NCBI GenBank assembly: GCA_951406725.2
Contig: OX597832.1
Coordinates: forward strand, 36,828,001 to 36,892,000
Origin: Octopus vulgaris
Lineage: Eukaryota
Length of the DNA: 64,000 bases
Reading direction: 5' to 3'
How positions within the stretch are numbered: the stretch's first letter is position 1; each line of letters begins with the position of its first letter. Positions 61,601 through 64,000 of the stretch are shown one piece after another. The notes under the pieces were generated by a model that saw nothing but the letters and a program-made list of their open reading frames with translations, searched no databases and was not told the DNA's origin. The position numbers and the translations under genes are program-made.

Positions 61601-62044
61601 TTCACTTTATGGATCTGGATCTCTCTAAAAATGAGCCTGAAAAATCATAGTGGTAGTTGTAATAATAATAATAATAATAATAATAATTGAATCTGGTTAT
61701 AATGTACTTTTCGTGACTTATATACTTCCCTACTTCAGGCATGGAAGAGAAGATACTCAACAGAAGTGTATAAGATTTCAGCTATTTTCGGCCACTCCCA
61801 GCTCTTCAGACTCTACATTTCTTACTCAACCCAGCATTTATATTCTCTTACAGAACTGTTTCTTATTCAAAACTTATCATAGCCAGATTTTTTGCTTCTT
61901 GCCATTGTTCTTCTTGCAACCTTCTTATAACCTGTTCAACCCCTGCCATCACCATCACTGTTAAATTGTGTGTAGGTGCTTCTAATAGTACAAAAACATT
62001 TGCAATGCTTGTGATGAAAATGTAGGGTTTAATGTGTATGCTTA

Positions 62045-62094
<50 letters not shown>

Positions 62095-62156
62095 AAGAGA
62101 GAAAGAGAGGGGTATGTGTATGTTTAGATATACATATACATACCACTCTCTCTCTT

Positions 62157-62204
<48 letters not shown>

Positions 62205-62254
62205 TAAACAGCTATACTCTCTTCCCTCGTCAGAGCTTCTCATAGCATCAAAAA

Positions 62255-62950
62255 ATAGAGACTGAGTTGTTACTGTGTCACAATCTAAGCTGGAGTGTAC
62301 GTATGAACAATAAAGTTGACATGGCCTACAGAATGTGCTCCTGGATCCTTAGAACTTTCCAGCCTCGAGATCCTGGTATCATCTTCCTCTTTTCCACATT
62401 TGCCAGGTTTCACCTTGAATACTGCAGCCCACTATGGTCTCCCTACACATAACAAAACATTTTGAAAGTTGAAGCTCCCAGAGGTTGATTACAAAAAGAA
62501 ATAAAAACAAATGGCACAACAGGCCTTGATTGCTAGGATTACTTATAAAAAAACAAAATATTCAAACTCTCTTCCTCTCCAACACTTCTATGAATGCTTC
62601 ATCATTTGTACAATTAGAAAATATTTCATCAGCATTGTCCAAACAGTGATGGTACCAAATTCACAAGTTACCCAAAGAAGGCTAAGGTCCTGTGTTGTAT
62701 GCCTTGCACAAAATAAAATTAAGAGCTCGCATCACAAAACATTGGAACACAACTTTTTCTTAAAATTCTTCTGGTCCTGCTTTATTCAGAATTATCCAAA
62801 AAGAAATCAAAGAAAAAGATCTTATAACACTCAAATAGTACCTGGAGAAATTCCTCCAAGAAATATTTTAAAAACCCACCAACACCTGGATACATTTCAG
62901 TAAACAACAACACCCTGCTGAAGTTGATTGCAATAGTTCAAAACATGACT
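62255..62950 (+). pseudogene. CR1-clade LINE C-terminal fragment
   Basis: NLSWSVRMNNKVDMAYRMCSWILRTFQPRD...LFSTFARFHLEYCSPLWSPYT...ILKVEA: typical CR1 post-RT motifs. Confidence 0.85.
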
Positions 62951-63311
62951 GATGGGCTGCTCCTGGTGCTGCTGCTAAGTAATGATCCAGAGAAGTACTC
63001 AATGCAAACTTAATGGTGGAGTTTATTTGGGTTGATCCTGTTACTTGCTGCAACTATTTGTGTGTGTGTGTGTGTAGTTTAAATGTTTTGTGATATAAAT
63101 TGTGTACTTATAAATGATTGGGTAGAGTTAGTGTATTATAAAGTCTCAGAATTTGAGGACTCTGGATGTTTAGGATATCATAATAAATACACACACACAC
63201 ACACACACACCTACATATTAGCAGAATTCAGTTTTGGACAGTGTAAATGCTCTGTCATCTTTGTCATATATATGGAAGGTAAGACACATACAAGTGTATT
63301 TGCCTACCCAC

Positions 63312-63347
<36 letters not shown>

Positions 63348-64000
63348 AGAGAGAGAGATAGATGAGACAGAAATACGAGGTGGTTGTGGCTTTGAAGTTT
63401 TGCTGGCAGTTGTTTGTCTGACAGAAACTACTTCTCTATTGAATCATTTTGTTACCTGTATGTTGTAAGGGGCTAGGAATAACAAATGCTTCAGAAAACT
63501 TGCTCAACCCATACCAGTATATAAAAGAGGACATAAACAAATGAACACATTTAGCATACTTCAGCTGTTAAGCTGAAGCCAGTGGTGTATGCTCAATTAT
63601 ATACAATTTGGTGGAGGGGTTTCTTTTTAATGTAAATCATAGAAAATTGTTTTTTTTTTCACATTTAAATCCCTATAATATCCCATGTAATTAATTCTTT
63701 GGGTTCAGTTATTACTCCAGTAGACAGTTGGATCTTAGTTTTGGTTGGCCATTCGCATTGTATTCACAGCTCTATTGGAATTTCCCGCTGACACAACATT
63801 TGTATGCTGTGAATCAATAAATATATATCTTTTTGTTTGCCCACTTTCTAGTTGCCAACTATAAAGTTTGTTTGAGAACCAGTAACTTTGAATTCTACTG
63901 GCTTCTCTATGTTATTCTGTGTCACTGTAGATGTTGTTGCCTTCCTTTGGCATCACAGTCGAGACTTTGGCCTTTATATTGCAGTGAAGGTGACTGCTTT

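Overview
AT-rich, microsatellite-laden eukaryotic DNA with no protein-coding gene I can support; nearly all long ORFs in the track are simple repeats or transposon debris. The repeat families (RTE LINE tails ending in (GAT)n, tRNA-derived SINEs ending in (ATT)n, TA-embedded Penelope-like fragments) look like those of an octopus or other coleoid cephalopod; this is recognition by eye, not a search result. Contents: decayed non-LTR retrotransposons (RTE of two families, L1/Tx1, CR1/Jockey-like, Penelope-like), head-to-tail SINE arrays, TTAA-flanked MITEs, a TA-flanked TIR element, a non-autonomous Helitron, and several minisatellites. Two CpG-retaining domains (about 31.9-37.7 kb and 57.6-61.6 kb) sit in a CpG-depleted background and look like promoter regions. 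Most notable: (1) an apparently intact type I hammerhead ribozyme on the minus strand at 47218-47307, whose cleavage site lies inside a perfect 62-bp inverted repeat of a small TA-embedded element, with related hammerhead remnants near 25.4, 31.3, 31.45 and 49.9 kb; (2) a 585-bp palindrome at 41444-42028 whose divergence pattern suggests a template switch; (3) a MITE in which all eight inferred CpG decays fall on one strand. All coordinates and alignments were read by eye; ends of decayed repeats are approximate.
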